The notes below the pieces were generated by a model. That model made no database searches, was not told the origin of the DNA, and saw only the letters and a list, made by a program, of their open reading frames with translations. DNA of 64,000 bases, taken from contig OZ219754.1 of NCBI GenBank assembly GCA_964291295.2, forward strand, positions 2,816,001 to 2,880,000. Reading direction: 5' to 3'. Source of the stretch: an uncultured Candidatus Binatia bacterium. GTDB lineage: Bacteria > Desulfobacterota > Binatia > UBA9968 > JAJDTQ01. Shown piece after piece: positions 18,889 to 28,978 of the stretch (positions are counted from its first letter, which is position 1; each line of letters begins with the position of its first letter). Both the position numbers and the translations under genes were made by a program.

Positions 18889-19820
18889 TACAGCCGCTCA
18901 CTGATCGCCGACGCAATCTCCAGCGCGTGCAACCCGTCCTCGCCGCTCACCAGAGGGCTCTTGCGGGTGGCCACCGACTCCAGAAACGATTCAATCTGGT
19001 CCCGCAGAGCGTCGCCATCCTCGGCGGCGATCATCTCCCCCCGAATCCCCGCCCAGCCCCGGCTCCGGTCCTCCACCCGGTAGACCTCGGCCGTCTTGGC
19101 GCCGTAGTCCAGGGAGATATAGGTGTCCGACTGGAAGAACCGTATCTTCCGCTCGCGTTTCATCGACACCCGGCTGGCGGTCACGTTGGCCACGCAACCG
19201 TCCTCGAAGCGAATGCGCGCATTGGCGATGTCCGGTCTGTCCGTGAGCACGGCAACCCCGTTGGCGTCAATGGCGGCTATGGGCGCACGGACCAGGCTGG
19301 CGATGACGTCGATGTCGTGGATCATCAGGTCGAGCACCACGTCCACATCCGTACCCCGGGTCACGAACGGTGCCAGCCGGTGGCACTCGACGAACCTGGG
19401 CTCCAGGATGAACCGGGTGAGTTCGCGTACCACCGGATTGAAGCGTTCGAGGTGACCTACCTGGAGGATGCGGCCGTTTCGCCGCGCCAGATCCACCAGC
19501 TTCCGTCCGTCCGCCACCGAGTCCGTAATGGGCTTCTCCACCAGCACATCGACACCGGCGGCCAGGCAGTCCCGGGCCACCCGGCCGTGTTGCCGCGTGG
19601 GTACCGCGATGCTGACGCAGCGGACCCTGTCCAGCAGCTCCCGATAGTCCGCCACCGCGGGCGCCTGATAGCGCTCGCCCGCCTCCCGGGCCCGTGCCTC
19701 GTCGATATCGGCCACGCCCACCAGCCTGGCGACCGGTGACGCGGCGTACTTGGCCGCGTGCAGGCTGCCCGCGTACCCGACTCCAATCACTCCAACCGCG
19801 ATGGGCTCCGTTATCGTCAT
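18888..19820 (-). CDS. Gfo/Idh/MocA oxidoreductase, probable UDP-GlcNAc 3-dehydrogenase (GnnA-like)
   Basis: VIGVGYAG, VEKP, VGHLERFNP, DLMIHDID; occupies the gnnA position upstream of lpxB. Confidence 0.8.
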   Translation of the reverse strand: MTITEPIAVGVIGVGYAGSLHAAKYAASPVARLVGVADIDEARAREAGERYQAPAVADYRELLDRVRCVSIAVPTRQHGRVARDCLAAGVDVLVEKPITDSVADGRKLVDLARRNGRILQVGHLERFNPVVRELTRFILEPRFVECHRLAPFVTRGTDVDVVLDLMIHDIDVIASLVRAPIAAIDANGVAVLTDRPDIANARIRFEDGCVANVTASRVSMKRERKIRFFQSDTYISLDYGAKTAEVYRVEDRSRGWAGIRGEMIAAEDGDALRDQIESFLESVATRKSPLVSGEDGLHALEIASAISERL

Positions 19821-20659
19821 TCCGGTTCCGGGGCCAGCGCCACCACGGCCAGACCTGCGTCATCCGCCGCCGCCAGCAACGCCTCCTTCTCCAACAGGAT
19901 GGATCGTCCCGCCTCCACCGCCAGCACCCCTCCCCCGGCACGCCTCAGGGTCTCGATGGTTCCGGGACCGATGGCGGGCATGTCAAAGCGCAGATCCTGG
20001 TGCGGCTTGCTCATCTTCACCACCACCACCGGACCTTCCGCCAGTGCGCCGGCGCGGCGAATGGCCGCATCCGTGCCTTCGATGGCTTCCACCGCGAGAA
20101 TCACGCCCTCCTTCAGCACCAGCGTCTGGCCGATTCCCATGCGGCCCAGCGTCTTGGTCATGGGGATGCCGAGGCGCACATCCTTCCACTGTTCCGGATC
20201 GGGCGAGGTTCGGGTAAGCACGCCCGGCTGTTGCGGGATGATCCGCTTCAGGAAAAGCGTCGACTCCAGAACGCGAATGCCCTCGCTCTCCAACTCGGCG
20301 GCCACTCCGCGCAACAATTGATCGTCGTCACGGCCCGGCGTTCGGGCCAGCAGCGCCAGCCCTCTGGCATCGGGCCGGAAATTGGAAAACAGCCGTACCT
20401 TGCGGATCCCTCCGGCCATGACGGCATGATGCACGTCCGCCTTGCGAAATGTGCGGATGATCTTTCCCAGTTGTCCGACGCGAATCCAGGTGACCTCCTC
20501 CACGAACTTCCCGATCTCTTCAGCCGTCTCGCCGCGGTGCGCCACCGCAATCACGCGGACGCCGGCCTCCCGCGCATTTCGGGCGAATATCAGCGGGAAC
20601 CGACCGCTGCCGGCAATCAGGCCGACCTTGTCGATGGTCATTTCCCGGAGTTCGCCCAT
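19817..20659 (-). CDS. lpxI: UDP-2,3-diacylglucosamine pyrophosphatase LpxI
   Basis: GLIAGSG.FP, IGQT, AVEAIEGTD, KP.QDLRFDMP.IG. ATG 20659 overlaps the lpxA-relic stop (alternative start 20641). Confidence 0.92.
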   Translation of the reverse strand: MGELREMTIDKVGLIAGSGRFPLIFARNAREAGVRVIAVAHRGETAEEIGKFVEEVTWIRVGQLGKIIRTFRKADVHHAVMAGGIRKVRLFSNFRPDARGLALLARTPGRDDDQLLRGVAAELESEGIRVLESTLFLKRIIPQQPGVLTRTSPDPEQWKDVRLGIPMTKTLGRMGIGQTLVLKEGVILAVEAIEGTDAAIRRAGALAEGPVVVVKMSKPHQDLRFDMPAIGPGTIETLRRAGGGVLAVEAGRSILLEKEALLAAADDAGLAVVALAPEPE

Positions 20660-20890
20660 CAGCGGCGGATTCCTCGCCGGGAGCTCCAGCCGAATCCGAT
20701 CATCGATCCACCTCACGGGTTCGGGGGACTGCCCGAAGGACACTGTTCAAGGCGTCCTTCAAACGAAGGCTGGAGCGGAACAGCAGGACCAGGCCGCGCC
20801 TTGCCGGCATGGCGGACCAGCAAGGGGCACGCCGGTCCGGACGACAGGCTGAAGGAAGGTCCGGACGACAGTCCGGACATGCCCCCACTC
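20659..20890 (-). pseudogene. lpxA: Decayed C-terminal remnant of UDP-GlcNAc acyltransferase
   Basis: Sits in the lpxA slot between fabZ and lpxI. Fragments across frames: GGMSG (20886-20872), DLP, FSLSSG, LLFRSSLRLKDALNSVLRAVPRTREVDR (20786-20703), MIGFGWSSRRGIRR* (20703-20659). Confidence 0.8.
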
Positions 20891-20923
20891 GCCACCTTCC
20901 AGAGCGTCCTGCGGCGCGGGCTC

Positions 20924-21352
20924 CTAGACCGCCATCTCCATCCCGGACAGTTCCGCCTCGGCCACCTGCCTGCCGTCCACCGTCACGTGACCGGCCAGGC
21001 GCCAGTAATGTTTGCGCCGCCGGGAAACCTCCACCTCGATCCTCAACTGGTCGCCGGGCTCCACCGTTTGCTTGAACCGCACCCGGTCGAGCCCGGTCAG
21101 GACGAGGACCCTGTCCGCTTCCTGTCCGCTGCACTTGGCGAGAACCGCGCTCACCTGGGCGATGGCCTCGCAGATCAATACGCCCGGCATGACCGGCTTG
21201 TCGGGGAAATGGCCCTGAAAGAAGCCTTCGTTGATACTCACGTTCTTGATCCCCACGACACGCCGGTCGGGCTCCAGCTCCACGATCCGGTCCACCAGGA
21301 GGAAGGGATATCGATGAGGAATCAGTTTTCGTATCTCGGTGACGTCCATCAT
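20924..21352 (-). CDS. fabZ: 3-hydroxyacyl-ACP dehydratase
   Basis: PHRYPFLLVDR, FFQGHFP..PVMPGVLI.EA.AQ. Confidence 0.96.
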   Translation of the reverse strand: MMDVTEIRKLIPHRYPFLLVDRIVELEPDRRVVGIKNVSINEGFFQGHFPDKPVMPGVLICEAIAQVSAVLAKCSGQEADRVLVLTGLDRVRFKQTVEPGDQLRIEVEVSRRRKHYWRLAGHVTVDGRQVAEAELSGMEMAV

Positions 21353-21413
21353 GTCTTCACGGAACTCCCCGGCGCGGCGCCTCACCAGCCCATCGTTACC
21401 GAGAGACAGCGCG

Positions 21414-22454
21414 TCAACCCTGCCGCGACGACGCGCGCATGCGTCGTTCGATGGCCGAAACCCGCCGCCACAGGGCCGGCAGTTTCGGCAGCAGCCGCAT
21501 GGTCCGAAGCCACTGACCGTGAGGCGCGGCCTCCACCAGGCCCGACAGCAGGGAGCCGGACGGAACCGACCGCATCACGTTGCTCTTCGGTCCGATGACC
21601 GACCTTGCACCGATCTCCACATGATCATTGATGCCGGCCTGCCCGGAAACCATCACATCGTCGCCCAGCACGGCACTGCCGGCGATTCCCGTCTGGGCAA
21701 CGATCAGACAGCGTTCACCAATGACCACATTGTGTCCGATCTGCACGAGATTGTCGATTTTCGTGCCGCTCCCGATCCGGGTGCTGCCAATGGTGGCCCG
21801 GTCCACGGTGGTGTTCGCGCCGATCTCCACCTTGTCGCCGATCTCCACGATACCGGCCTGGGGTATCTTGAGACGTGCCGGACCGTGCCCGGCGTAACCG
21901 AACCCGTCGCTTCCGATCACCACGCCGGCGTGGAGTATGACGCGGTCGCCGATCCGGCACCCCTCGGACACGGTCACGTTGGAATGGAGCACGCAGCCCT
22001 CGCCGACCTGTGCCCCCGCGCCGATGACCACTCCGGGCATGAGCACCGTCCCGGCGCCGACTCTGGCGTTCCGTCCGACGTAGCAGTGTGGATAGAGTGC
22101 GGCCTCCGGACCGATGACGGCGCCGGGGTCGACAACCGCCAAGGGGCTTGTGCCGGCGTCATGGACCGGCGGGGGATTGAACAGTGCGTGGATGCGGGCG
22201 AACGCGCGGTAGGGGTCGTCGACCCGCAGAAGATTCAGGACCGCGCCGGTGGCCGACTCGCCGGCCACGATAACCGCGCTGGCCTTGCAGGAAGTCAGGT
22301 GCCGCCGGTACCGCGGGCTGGCGAGAAAGGTGATATCCCCCGGACCCGCATCCTCAATGGACGACACCTTCTCGATGGTCGCGTCGGGGTCGCCGATCAC
22401 CCGTCCGCCGACCAACTCGGCGAGCTCCGCGAGCGATTTGCCTTTGCGCGTCAC
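21414..22454 (-). CDS. lpxD: UDP-3-O-acylglucosamine N-acyltransferase
   Basis: Hexapeptide repeats, IGSDGFGY, EIGANTTVDR, KIDNLVQIGHNV. Confidence 0.96.
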   Translation of the reverse strand: MTRKGKSLAELAELVGGRVIGDPDATIEKVSSIEDAGPGDITFLASPRYRRHLTSCKASAVIVAGESATGAVLNLLRVDDPYRAFARIHALFNPPPVHDAGTSPLAVVDPGAVIGPEAALYPHCYVGRNARVGAGTVLMPGVVIGAGAQVGEGCVLHSNVTVSEGCRIGDRVILHAGVVIGSDGFGYAGHGPARLKIPQAGIVEIGDKVEIGANTTVDRATIGSTRIGSGTKIDNLVQIGHNVVIGERCLIVAQTGIAGSAVLGDDVMVSGQAGINDHVEIGARSVIGPKSNVMRSVPSGSLLSGLVEAAPHGQWLRTMRLLPKLPALWRRVSAIERRMRASSRQG

Positions 22455-22978
22455 CTGTCCGTGTCGGCCGGTTGGTTGTTGTAGCGTTCGTCGTAGAGGC
22501 TGATCACATTGTCCGTGATATCGGTTCCCTTGTCGGTGTAGAGCAACTGACCTCGTTCGAGGATCATGGTGAAGTTGCTCGTCCTGCCGAATTCCGCGAT
22601 GATCTTCTGCAGATCCTTGAGGATCGAGTCGGTCAACTCGCGCTCTCTGAGGGAAAGCTCCTCCCGCATGTCCCTTGAGTCGCGCTCCCAGTCTCGCACG
22701 CGAAGCTGCAGTCGCCGCTGCGCCTTGGCCCGCTCGCTGGCCTTCATCAGCAGGGCCTGCTTTTCGAGTTCGCTTTTCTGCTTCTCAATGGAGGCCCTTT
22801 CCTTTGCCAGCGCCTCCTGCCTGCGCTGGACGCTGTCCTGGAAGGCCGCGCGCGCCTCCTTGCCACGCTTCGATTCGATCATGGCCTTCTGGAGGTTCAC
22901 GAAGCCGACCTTGAGTTCCTGGCCCCACGCGGGAATGGTCGGTATCGCCAGCAGAGCAATCAACAGGACTCGAACCAC
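22451..22978 (-). CDS. skp: OmpH/Skp periplasmic chaperone
   Basis: Signal peptide, KVGFVNLQK, coiled coil, DITDNVI; between bamA and lpxD. Confidence 0.9.
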   Translation of the reverse strand: MVRVLLIALLAIPTIPAWGQELKVGFVNLQKAMIESKRGKEARAAFQDSVQRRQEALAKERASIEKQKSELEKQALLMKASERAKAQRRLQLRVRDWERDSRDMREELSLRERELTDSILKDLQKIIAEFGRTSNFTMILERGQLLYTDKGTDITDNVISLYDERYNNQPADTDR

Positions 22979-23011
22979 GATATTCTCCCGGGTGCTCCGG
23001 CACCTCGCCTG

Positions 23012-25405
23012 TCAGAGGCCGCCGACCGCGCCGATGGCGAAACCGACAATCTCCTTGTGATCGGTGGGTTCCGCGTTCAGCGGCACTGCCCAACTCAAGT
23101 TCACCGGGCCGATGGGCGAACGCCACTGCATCGCCAGACCCACCGAGCGCTTGAGATCCTCGATGCTTATGTTCTCGGACGGCCCGAACGCCTGTCCCTG
23201 GTCGAAGAACGCCGAACCCCTGAAGCCCCACTGCTGCAGGATCGGAAAATGCAGCGCCGCCTTCAGGATCAATTGCTTGTTGCCTCCCACCGCCTCGGGA
23301 TCATCACACTCCGGATCGTCGCCCGGACACTCCTGCGGACCCAGGGTACGGTACTCGTAACCACGCACCGAGTAGATGCCTCCGGCGAAGTAGCGTTCGA
23401 ACAGCGGCAATTCGCGATCATTCCAGGACTCTGCGTAACCGATCCGCCCGCCCAGCATCAGGGCGAAGTTCTCACCCCACTCGAAGTCCTTGAGGATGGG
23501 GTAGTACCATGTCAGCGAGGCGTCGCTCCGCATGAATCGGTTGTCGCCCCCCAGTCCGGCGAGTTTGACCGACAGCACCGACCGCACCCCCTCGGTGGGC
23601 GAGAAGAAGTGGTTGCGCGTGTCGTACCGCAGCCTTGTCCGGACGGCGCTGGTGAGGGACCTGCCGGGCTTGATGCTCAACGGCGCGTCGGCGTCCACGT
23701 CCGTGATCTTGGAACGGAACAGTTCGTAGCCGATATCGCCGTGGAGATGGTCCAGGATGGAGAAGCCCGGTTCCATGTAGGGTCCGTCGCCGCGCAGGAC
23801 GTCGGCGCGGCGGCCGAAGTAGGGCAGCCGGACATAACGCATGGGCACGCCGATACGGGTGGCAAACCCGCTGCGCCGGTTGGTCCAGGAAGTGTACTCG
23901 ACGGTGGTATGAACGACATCGAGGCCCAAGTCCGCACGGCTGCCGAAGACACGCGGCTCCACCAGGCCGACCACGATATCCTGATCGGTATCGCTGAGGT
24001 CGAGGCTGGCCGATACCCGCCTGCCGGTGCCGAACAGATTGCGCTCCTCAAGCGAGGTTCGGAACGAGAAGGCGCTGGCGGTGCTGTAGCCGGCGCCGAC
24101 GCTGAACGTTCCGGTAGGCGCCTCCTCAACCTTCACCAGCAGGTCCACCTGGTCTTCCTTCCCGGACTTTTCGGTGGAGACGACAACGTCCTTGAAGAAA
24201 CCGGTCCGCAACAAGGCGTTGCGGCTCTCCGTCACCCGGGTGGAAGAGAAGCGCCCCTTCTCCGCCACTTCCAGCTCGCGGCGAATCACCTTGTCCCGGG
24301 TCTTGACGTTCCCGGCGATCTTCACCTGGTTGAAGAACACCGGCGGCCCGCGCTTGATGGCGTACGTGACGTTCACCAGACGGCCGTCGGGGTCGAACCG
24401 GGTGACGGGCGAAACGTCCGCGAACGCATAACCGCGGTCGGCATACCGTTGCTTGAGAGCGGTCACGTCATTGAGCAGCCGGCTCCTTCGAAAGATCTGC
24501 CCCGATGTCAGGGTCACGTCTTCCAGCAATCGGCCTGGGTCGTCCTCGAGGTCCCCCCCCAGCCTTACCTCGCCGACCCGATAACGTTCGCCCTCCTGAA
24601 TCCGGATGACGACCTCCAGCCACTCGTCGCGTGTGAGTATGACAGGCTCGTCGATCTTGTGGTTGACGAATCCGTGATCGTAATAGAAGGAGGACAACAG
24701 CGTGGTGTCGTTGGTCAGCACGTCCGGATCCAGAATGCCGCGGCTGCTGAACGGAAGGAACCACTTCTCCTTCGTGTTCATGATGTCCTTCAACTCATCG
24801 TCGGAGAACTCCCGGTTTCCCTCGAAGGTGATCTTCCTGATCCGCAGGGTCCTGCCTTCGGTAATGGTGACGGTGACGGTGGTCTGGTTGTTCTCCTCGG
24901 CCGTCAGGGCATAGTCGACGCGGGTGTTGACGTGCCCCGCCTCGCTGTAGAGCCGCAGCACCCGTTGCAGGCCTTCCTGGAGCCGGCCGCCATCCAGAGC
25001 GGTCCGCAGCCGGATCCCCAAGGCGGCTTCGATGTCTTCCGTCGACAGCTTGTCGTTGCCCAGAATCTCCACCTGCTTGACGTACGGCCGCTCTTCGACC
25101 GCGTAGGTCAGGATCCCCTCAGCGGAGAAATCCGCGCTCACGTCGTCGAAAAAGCCCATGCGGTAGATGGCCTTGACGTCGCGGCTTACCGCGTCCTGAT
25201 CGAAGGGCTGCCCCGGCTGCACCTGAATGCTCAGACGGATGGCGTCCTCGTCGACCCGCAGGTTGCCCTGGACGCGGACCTCGTTGACGAGCGCAGCCGC
25301 CGGCGCAAGACTGTTCCAGGCCGCAAGACCGAACGCGGCTGCGAGGAATGCGGCGGCAAGACGGCCCGCAGTCTTGCCGCCAATTTTTCCCGCAGTCTTG
25401 CCCAT
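23012..25405 (-). CDS. bamA: Outer membrane protein assembly factor BamA
   Basis: POTRA repeats, GNVKTRDKVIRRE, SVRGY, W.SPIGP. Start position approximate. Confidence 0.95.
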   Translation of the reverse strand: MGKTAGKIGGKTAGRLAAAFLAAAFGLAAWNSLAPAAALVNEVRVQGNLRVDEDAIRLSIQVQPGQPFDQDAVSRDVKAIYRMGFFDDVSADFSAEGILTYAVEERPYVKQVEILGNDKLSTEDIEAALGIRLRTALDGGRLQEGLQRVLRLYSEAGHVNTRVDYALTAEENNQTTVTVTITEGRTLRIRKITFEGNREFSDDELKDIMNTKEKWFLPFSSRGILDPDVLTNDTTLLSSFYYDHGFVNHKIDEPVILTRDEWLEVVIRIQEGERYRVGEVRLGGDLEDDPGRLLEDVTLTSGQIFRRSRLLNDVTALKQRYADRGYAFADVSPVTRFDPDGRLVNVTYAIKRGPPVFFNQVKIAGNVKTRDKVIRRELEVAEKGRFSSTRVTESRNALLRTGFFKDVVVSTEKSGKEDQVDLLVKVEEAPTGTFSVGAGYSTASAFSFRTSLEERNLFGTGRRVSASLDLSDTDQDIVVGLVEPRVFGSRADLGLDVVHTTVEYTSWTNRRSGFATRIGVPMRYVRLPYFGRRADVLRGDGPYMEPGFSILDHLHGDIGYELFRSKITDVDADAPLSIKPGRSLTSAVRTRLRYDTRNHFFSPTEGVRSVLSVKLAGLGGDNRFMRSDASLTWYYPILKDFEWGENFALMLGGRIGYAESWNDRELPLFERYFAGGIYSVRGYEYRTLGPQECPGDDPECDDPEAVGGNKQLILKAALHFPILQQWGFRGSAFFDQGQAFGPSENISIEDLKRSVGLAMQWRSPIGPVNLSWAVPLNAEPTDHKEIVGFAIGAVGGL

Positions 25406-25558
25406 CTTGCTGATGGTGTTTTTTCTGTTGGTAATTCGCACGGGTCCGTTCACGACGCACCGGGTCTGCCTGTGTCTGCTAACAAGTTCCCACCCCGTTG
25501 TAAAGCGTGGAACCCCTGGTCGAAGGCACGCGTCCGATCCGATGCGCACACCGCGGGG

Positions 25559-26242
25559 CTATCCCGCAAAGGGCGAGAGGCGGCCGCCGCGAAGCTCGAG
25601 CTGCCGGTTCATGCGGGTGGCCAACTGGCGATTGTGGGTCGTGACGATCAGCCCCAGACCGCGCTGCTCGTTGAGGTCGCAAAGGAGATCCCCGATTTCG
25701 CCGGCGGTGACGGGATCGAGATTGCCGGTGGGCTCGTCGGCAAGGATGACCCGCGGTTCCATTACCAGCGAGCGCGCAATGGCCACCCGCTGCTGTTCGC
25801 CGCCGGAGAGCTCCCCCGGGCGGTGCGTCAGCCGGTGTCCCAGGCCGACGGACTCCAGCAGCCCGAGTGCGGCCATGCGTGCCCCGGAGCGGTCCCGGCG
25901 GGCGATGAGCGCCGGCATCATGACGTTCTCGAGGGCGCTGAAGTCGGGAAGAAGATGGTGGAACTGGAAGACGAAGCCGATGGTCCGATTCCGCAGGTGC
26001 GAGACCTCGTCGTCGCTCCAGCGGGTGATGTCGCGCCCCTCGTAGCGCACCGTCCCCCGGTCCGGGCGTTCGAGAGTCCCGATGATATAGAGCAGGGTGC
26101 TCTTGCCGATACCGGACTCGCCGATGATGGCAAGACGCTCGCTCCGGCCCAGTGACAGATCCAGGTCGGCGAGCACGTCCACCTTCCGGCTGCCCCCGGC
26201 AAAGGACTTTGCCAGCCCTCGCACTTCGATCAACGACGACAC
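25559..26242 (-). CDS. lolD: Lipoprotein-releasing ABC ATPase
   Basis: GESGIGKS, GFVFQFHHLLPDF, LSGGEQQR, ADEPTGNLD. Confidence 0.93.
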   Translation of the reverse strand: MSSLIEVRGLAKSFAGGSRKVDVLADLDLSLGRSERLAIIGESGIGKSTLLYIIGTLERPDRGTVRYEGRDITRWSDDEVSHLRNRTIGFVFQFHHLLPDFSALENVMMPALIARRDRSGARMAALGLLESVGLGHRLTHRPGELSGGEQQRVAIARSLVMEPRVILADEPTGNLDPVTAGEIGDLLCDLNEQRGLGLIVTTHNRQLATRMNRQLELRGGRLSPFAG

Positions 26243-26248
26243 GTTCCT

Positions 26249-27493
26249 CTACTCGTACCGAATGACGTCCACGGGATGCAGTCGGGCCGCCTGCCGCGCC
26301 GGGTAAATGCTCGCCAGACAGCAGATGGCCAGGGAGGCCAGCGCCACCAGCGCGAAGTACAGAGGGGAGATGCTTACCGGTACGGTGGAAACGGGAAAGA
26401 CGCCCTCGGGCAACTCGATGAACCGGTAGCGCTGAAGCAACAGCGCCAGCACGTAGCCGATGACGACCCCGGACAGCGTGCCGATGGCGCCGATGATCCA
26501 TCCCTTCAGCAGGAAGATCCGCCGTATGCTGCCGGCGGATGCGCCCATTGATCGCAACACCGCGATATCCTTGCGTTTCTCCATCACCACCATGATCAGC
26601 GTCGAAACGATGTTGAAGGCCGCGATCAAGACCATCAGCAACAGCACCAGGAAGTATACGGTCTTCTCCAGCCGCAGGGCGGCGAACAGGTTGGGCCAGA
26701 GACGTGTCCAGTCCTCCACCCGATATCTCTGACCCACGTCGCGCTGGATCTCCGCGGCAATGCCCTGCGCGTCCGAGACGTCGTCCACGGCGATCTGGAT
26801 GCTGGTGGCGACCTTGCCGGTGCCGAAGAACCGCTGTGCATCCGCCAGGCTCAGAAAGACCAGACCGACGTCGTACTGGCGCATGCCGGAGTCGAAGACG
26901 CCGACCACGGCAAACCGCCTTATCCGTGGAACAATGCCCACCGCGGTGGGGCTGCCGACAGGCGAAACCGCCTGCAGTGCATCGCCCTTGCCCACCTGGA
27001 GCTTCTCCGCGAGCCGGTGACCGATGATGATCCCGGGGAGGAGCAGCCGGCGCCCGTCCACCACCACCGGGGTGCGGGTGGTGAGATCGCCCGGGCGTCC
27101 CTGTTGCAGGTAGGTCTGGAGGTCCACATGGGAACGGTCCGGGTCGATGCCGCGCACCAGTACCCCGGTCACCCGGCTCCCCGCCGTGAGGATGATCTGT
27201 CCGGTGAGGACCGGAGCCGCCGTGTTCACGTCTTCCCGGCTCTCCAGTCGTCCGGCCAGTTCGTCGTAGCCGGTCAGATAGGAGGCCGGCTTGACCAGCT
27301 CGATATGCGCGTGCAACCCCAGGAGACGATCCCTGAACACTTCCTCGAATCCGGTCATGACGGCGATGGCGACGTTCAGGGTCACCACTGCGATCATGAC
27401 CCCGAGGATGGAAATCAGGGTGAGCAGGGAAATGAACCGTTCGCTGCGCCGGGCCCGGAGATAGCGCAGCCCCACGAACAATTCGTACCGCAT
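26249..27493 (-). CDS. Lipoprotein-releasing ABC permease LolC/E
   Basis: GLRYLRA, AVMTGF, AAFNIVSTL...EK..DIA.LRSMGA, YPA..AA. Confidence 0.92.
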   Translation of the reverse strand: MRYELFVGLRYLRARRSERFISLLTLISILGVMIAVVTLNVAIAVMTGFEEVFRDRLLGLHAHIELVKPASYLTGYDELAGRLESREDVNTAAPVLTGQIILTAGSRVTGVLVRGIDPDRSHVDLQTYLQQGRPGDLTTRTPVVVDGRRLLLPGIIIGHRLAEKLQVGKGDALQAVSPVGSPTAVGIVPRIRRFAVVGVFDSGMRQYDVGLVFLSLADAQRFFGTGKVATSIQIAVDDVSDAQGIAAEIQRDVGQRYRVEDWTRLWPNLFAALRLEKTVYFLVLLLMVLIAAFNIVSTLIMVVMEKRKDIAVLRSMGASAGSIRRIFLLKGWIIGAIGTLSGVVIGYVLALLLQRYRFIELPEGVFPVSTVPVSISPLYFALVALASLAICCLASIYPARQAARLHPVDVIRYE

Positions 27494-27495
27494 CG

Positions 27496-28971
27496 TCAGG
27501 TGCGCAGGAGCGGGAACAGGATCACGTCCCGAATCGACGCCGAATCGGTCAGCAGCATCACCAGCCGGTCGATTCCGATCCCCTCTCCCGCGGCCGGGGG
27601 CATGGCGTACTCCAGGGCGCGCAGGTAGTCCTCGTCCCCCTCACAGGCGGTGTCGTCCCCGGCGCGTCGGGCCGCAGCCTGTTCCTCGAACCGCCGCCGT
27701 TGGTCGAACGGATCGTTCAGCTCGGAAAAGGCGTTGGCGAGTTCCCTGCCGCCGATAAAGCACTCGAAGCGGTCGACCCGCTCCGGAGCGGTATCGTTGC
27801 GCCGCGCCAGGGGCGAAACCTCCAGCGGATAACCGACCACGAAGGTGGGCTGGATCAAGTGGGGCTCCACCAAGTGCTCGAACAGTTCCACCAGCAACTT
27901 GCCACGGCCAAGTTGCGGATCGAGCTTGAGGGAGCGGCGTTCCGCGAGTCGCCGCAAAGCCCCGGTGCTGGCCAGCTCCGACTCCTCCACGCCGGCGTAC
28001 CGGGCCACGCCTTCGGCAAGGGAAAGGCGCTCCCAGGGCGGTTCCAGGTTCACCTCATGCTCCCCCCAGGGAATGCGCAGGCTGCCGCGCACCTCCTGCG
28101 CCAACGCGACAACGAGCTCTTCGGTAAGCGCCATCATGTCCTCGAAGTCGGCGTAGGCCTGATAGAACTCGACCATCGTGAACTCGGGATTGTGGCGGGT
28201 GGAAAGACCCTCGTTGCGGAAGTTCCGGTTCAGCTCGAACACCCGGTCGAAGCCGCCTACCAGCAGTCGCTTGAGAAACAGCTCCGGGGCCACCCGCAGA
28301 TAGAGATCCAGGTCCAGGGCGTTATGGTGCGTGACGAAGGGCCTGGCCGAGGCGCCGCCCGCCAAGGGTTGCATCATCGGGGTCTCGACCTCCAGAAACC
28401 CCCGCTGCTCCAGGAAGGCGCGTGTCCGCGCGATGATTCGGGAGCGGCTCCGGAACACCTCGCGAACCTCCGCATTGACCATCAGGTCCACATACCGCTG
28501 CCGGTAGCGGGTCTCCACGTCCTTCAGCCCATGCCATTTCTCGGGCAGGGGGCGGATGCACTTGCTCAGCAGCCTGACTTCCCGGGCCTCGATGGTGAGC
28601 TCCCGGGTGCGCGTACGGAAGAGACGCCCGCTCACGCCCGCGATGTCGCCCACGTCCAGCGAACGGACCCGTTCATAGGACTCATCCCCCAGCCTGTCCT
28701 TGCGTGCGTACACCTGCAGCCGCCCGCTGCCGTCCTCCAGCTCGAAAAACGCCGCCCGGCCGTGGGGTCGGAGCGCACGGATGCGTCCTCCCAGCGAGAA
28801 CTCTTCCTCCAGCGCTTCCAGCTCGGGTGGTTCGAGACCGCCGTGACGGTCGCGGATGGAGCGGGCGGTATGGGTGGGACGAAAGTCGTTGGGATAGGCG
28901 GACCGGCCCTGGGCCTGCAGCTTCGCCACCTTCTGGCGGCGCACCGTCATCTGCTCATTGACGTCGTCCAT
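27496..28971 (-). CDS. lysS: Lysyl-tRNA synthetase (class II)
   Basis: [28 protein letters not shown]...HNPEF, GIGIDRL. Confidence 0.97.
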   Translation of the reverse strand: MDDVNEQMTVRRQKVAKLQAQGRSAYPNDFRPTHTARSIRDRHGGLEPPELEALEEEFSLGGRIRALRPHGRAAFFELEDGSGRLQVYARKDRLGDESYERVRSLDVGDIAGVSGRLFRTRTRELTIEAREVRLLSKCIRPLPEKWHGLKDVETRYRQRYVDLMVNAEVREVFRSRSRIIARTRAFLEQRGFLEVETPMMQPLAGGASARPFVTHHNALDLDLYLRVAPELFLKRLLVGGFDRVFELNRNFRNEGLSTRHNPEFTMVEFYQAYADFEDMMALTEELVVALAQEVRGSLRIPWGEHEVNLEPPWERLSLAEGVARYAGVEESELASTGALRRLAERRSLKLDPQLGRGKLLVELFEHLVEPHLIQPTFVVGYPLEVSPLARRNDTAPERVDRFECFIGGRELANAFSELNDPFDQRRRFEEQAAARRAGDDTACEGDEDYLRALEYAMPPAAGEGIGIDRLVMLLTDSASIRDVILFPLLRT

Positions 28972-28978
28972 GCGCGGG

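Noticed and set aside
20700-20900. Possible ncRNA (GAAGGAC/GTCCTTC hairpin and GGTCCGGACGACAG direct repeat)
   Set aside because: Better explained as decayed lpxA coding sequence.
23057-26155. Very long antisense ORFs (e.g. 1032 aa here; also 2870..5542, 29922..32501, 42691..44916)
   Set aside because: They are in-register shadows of real genes, expected with high-GC codon usage, and contain no recognisable motifs.
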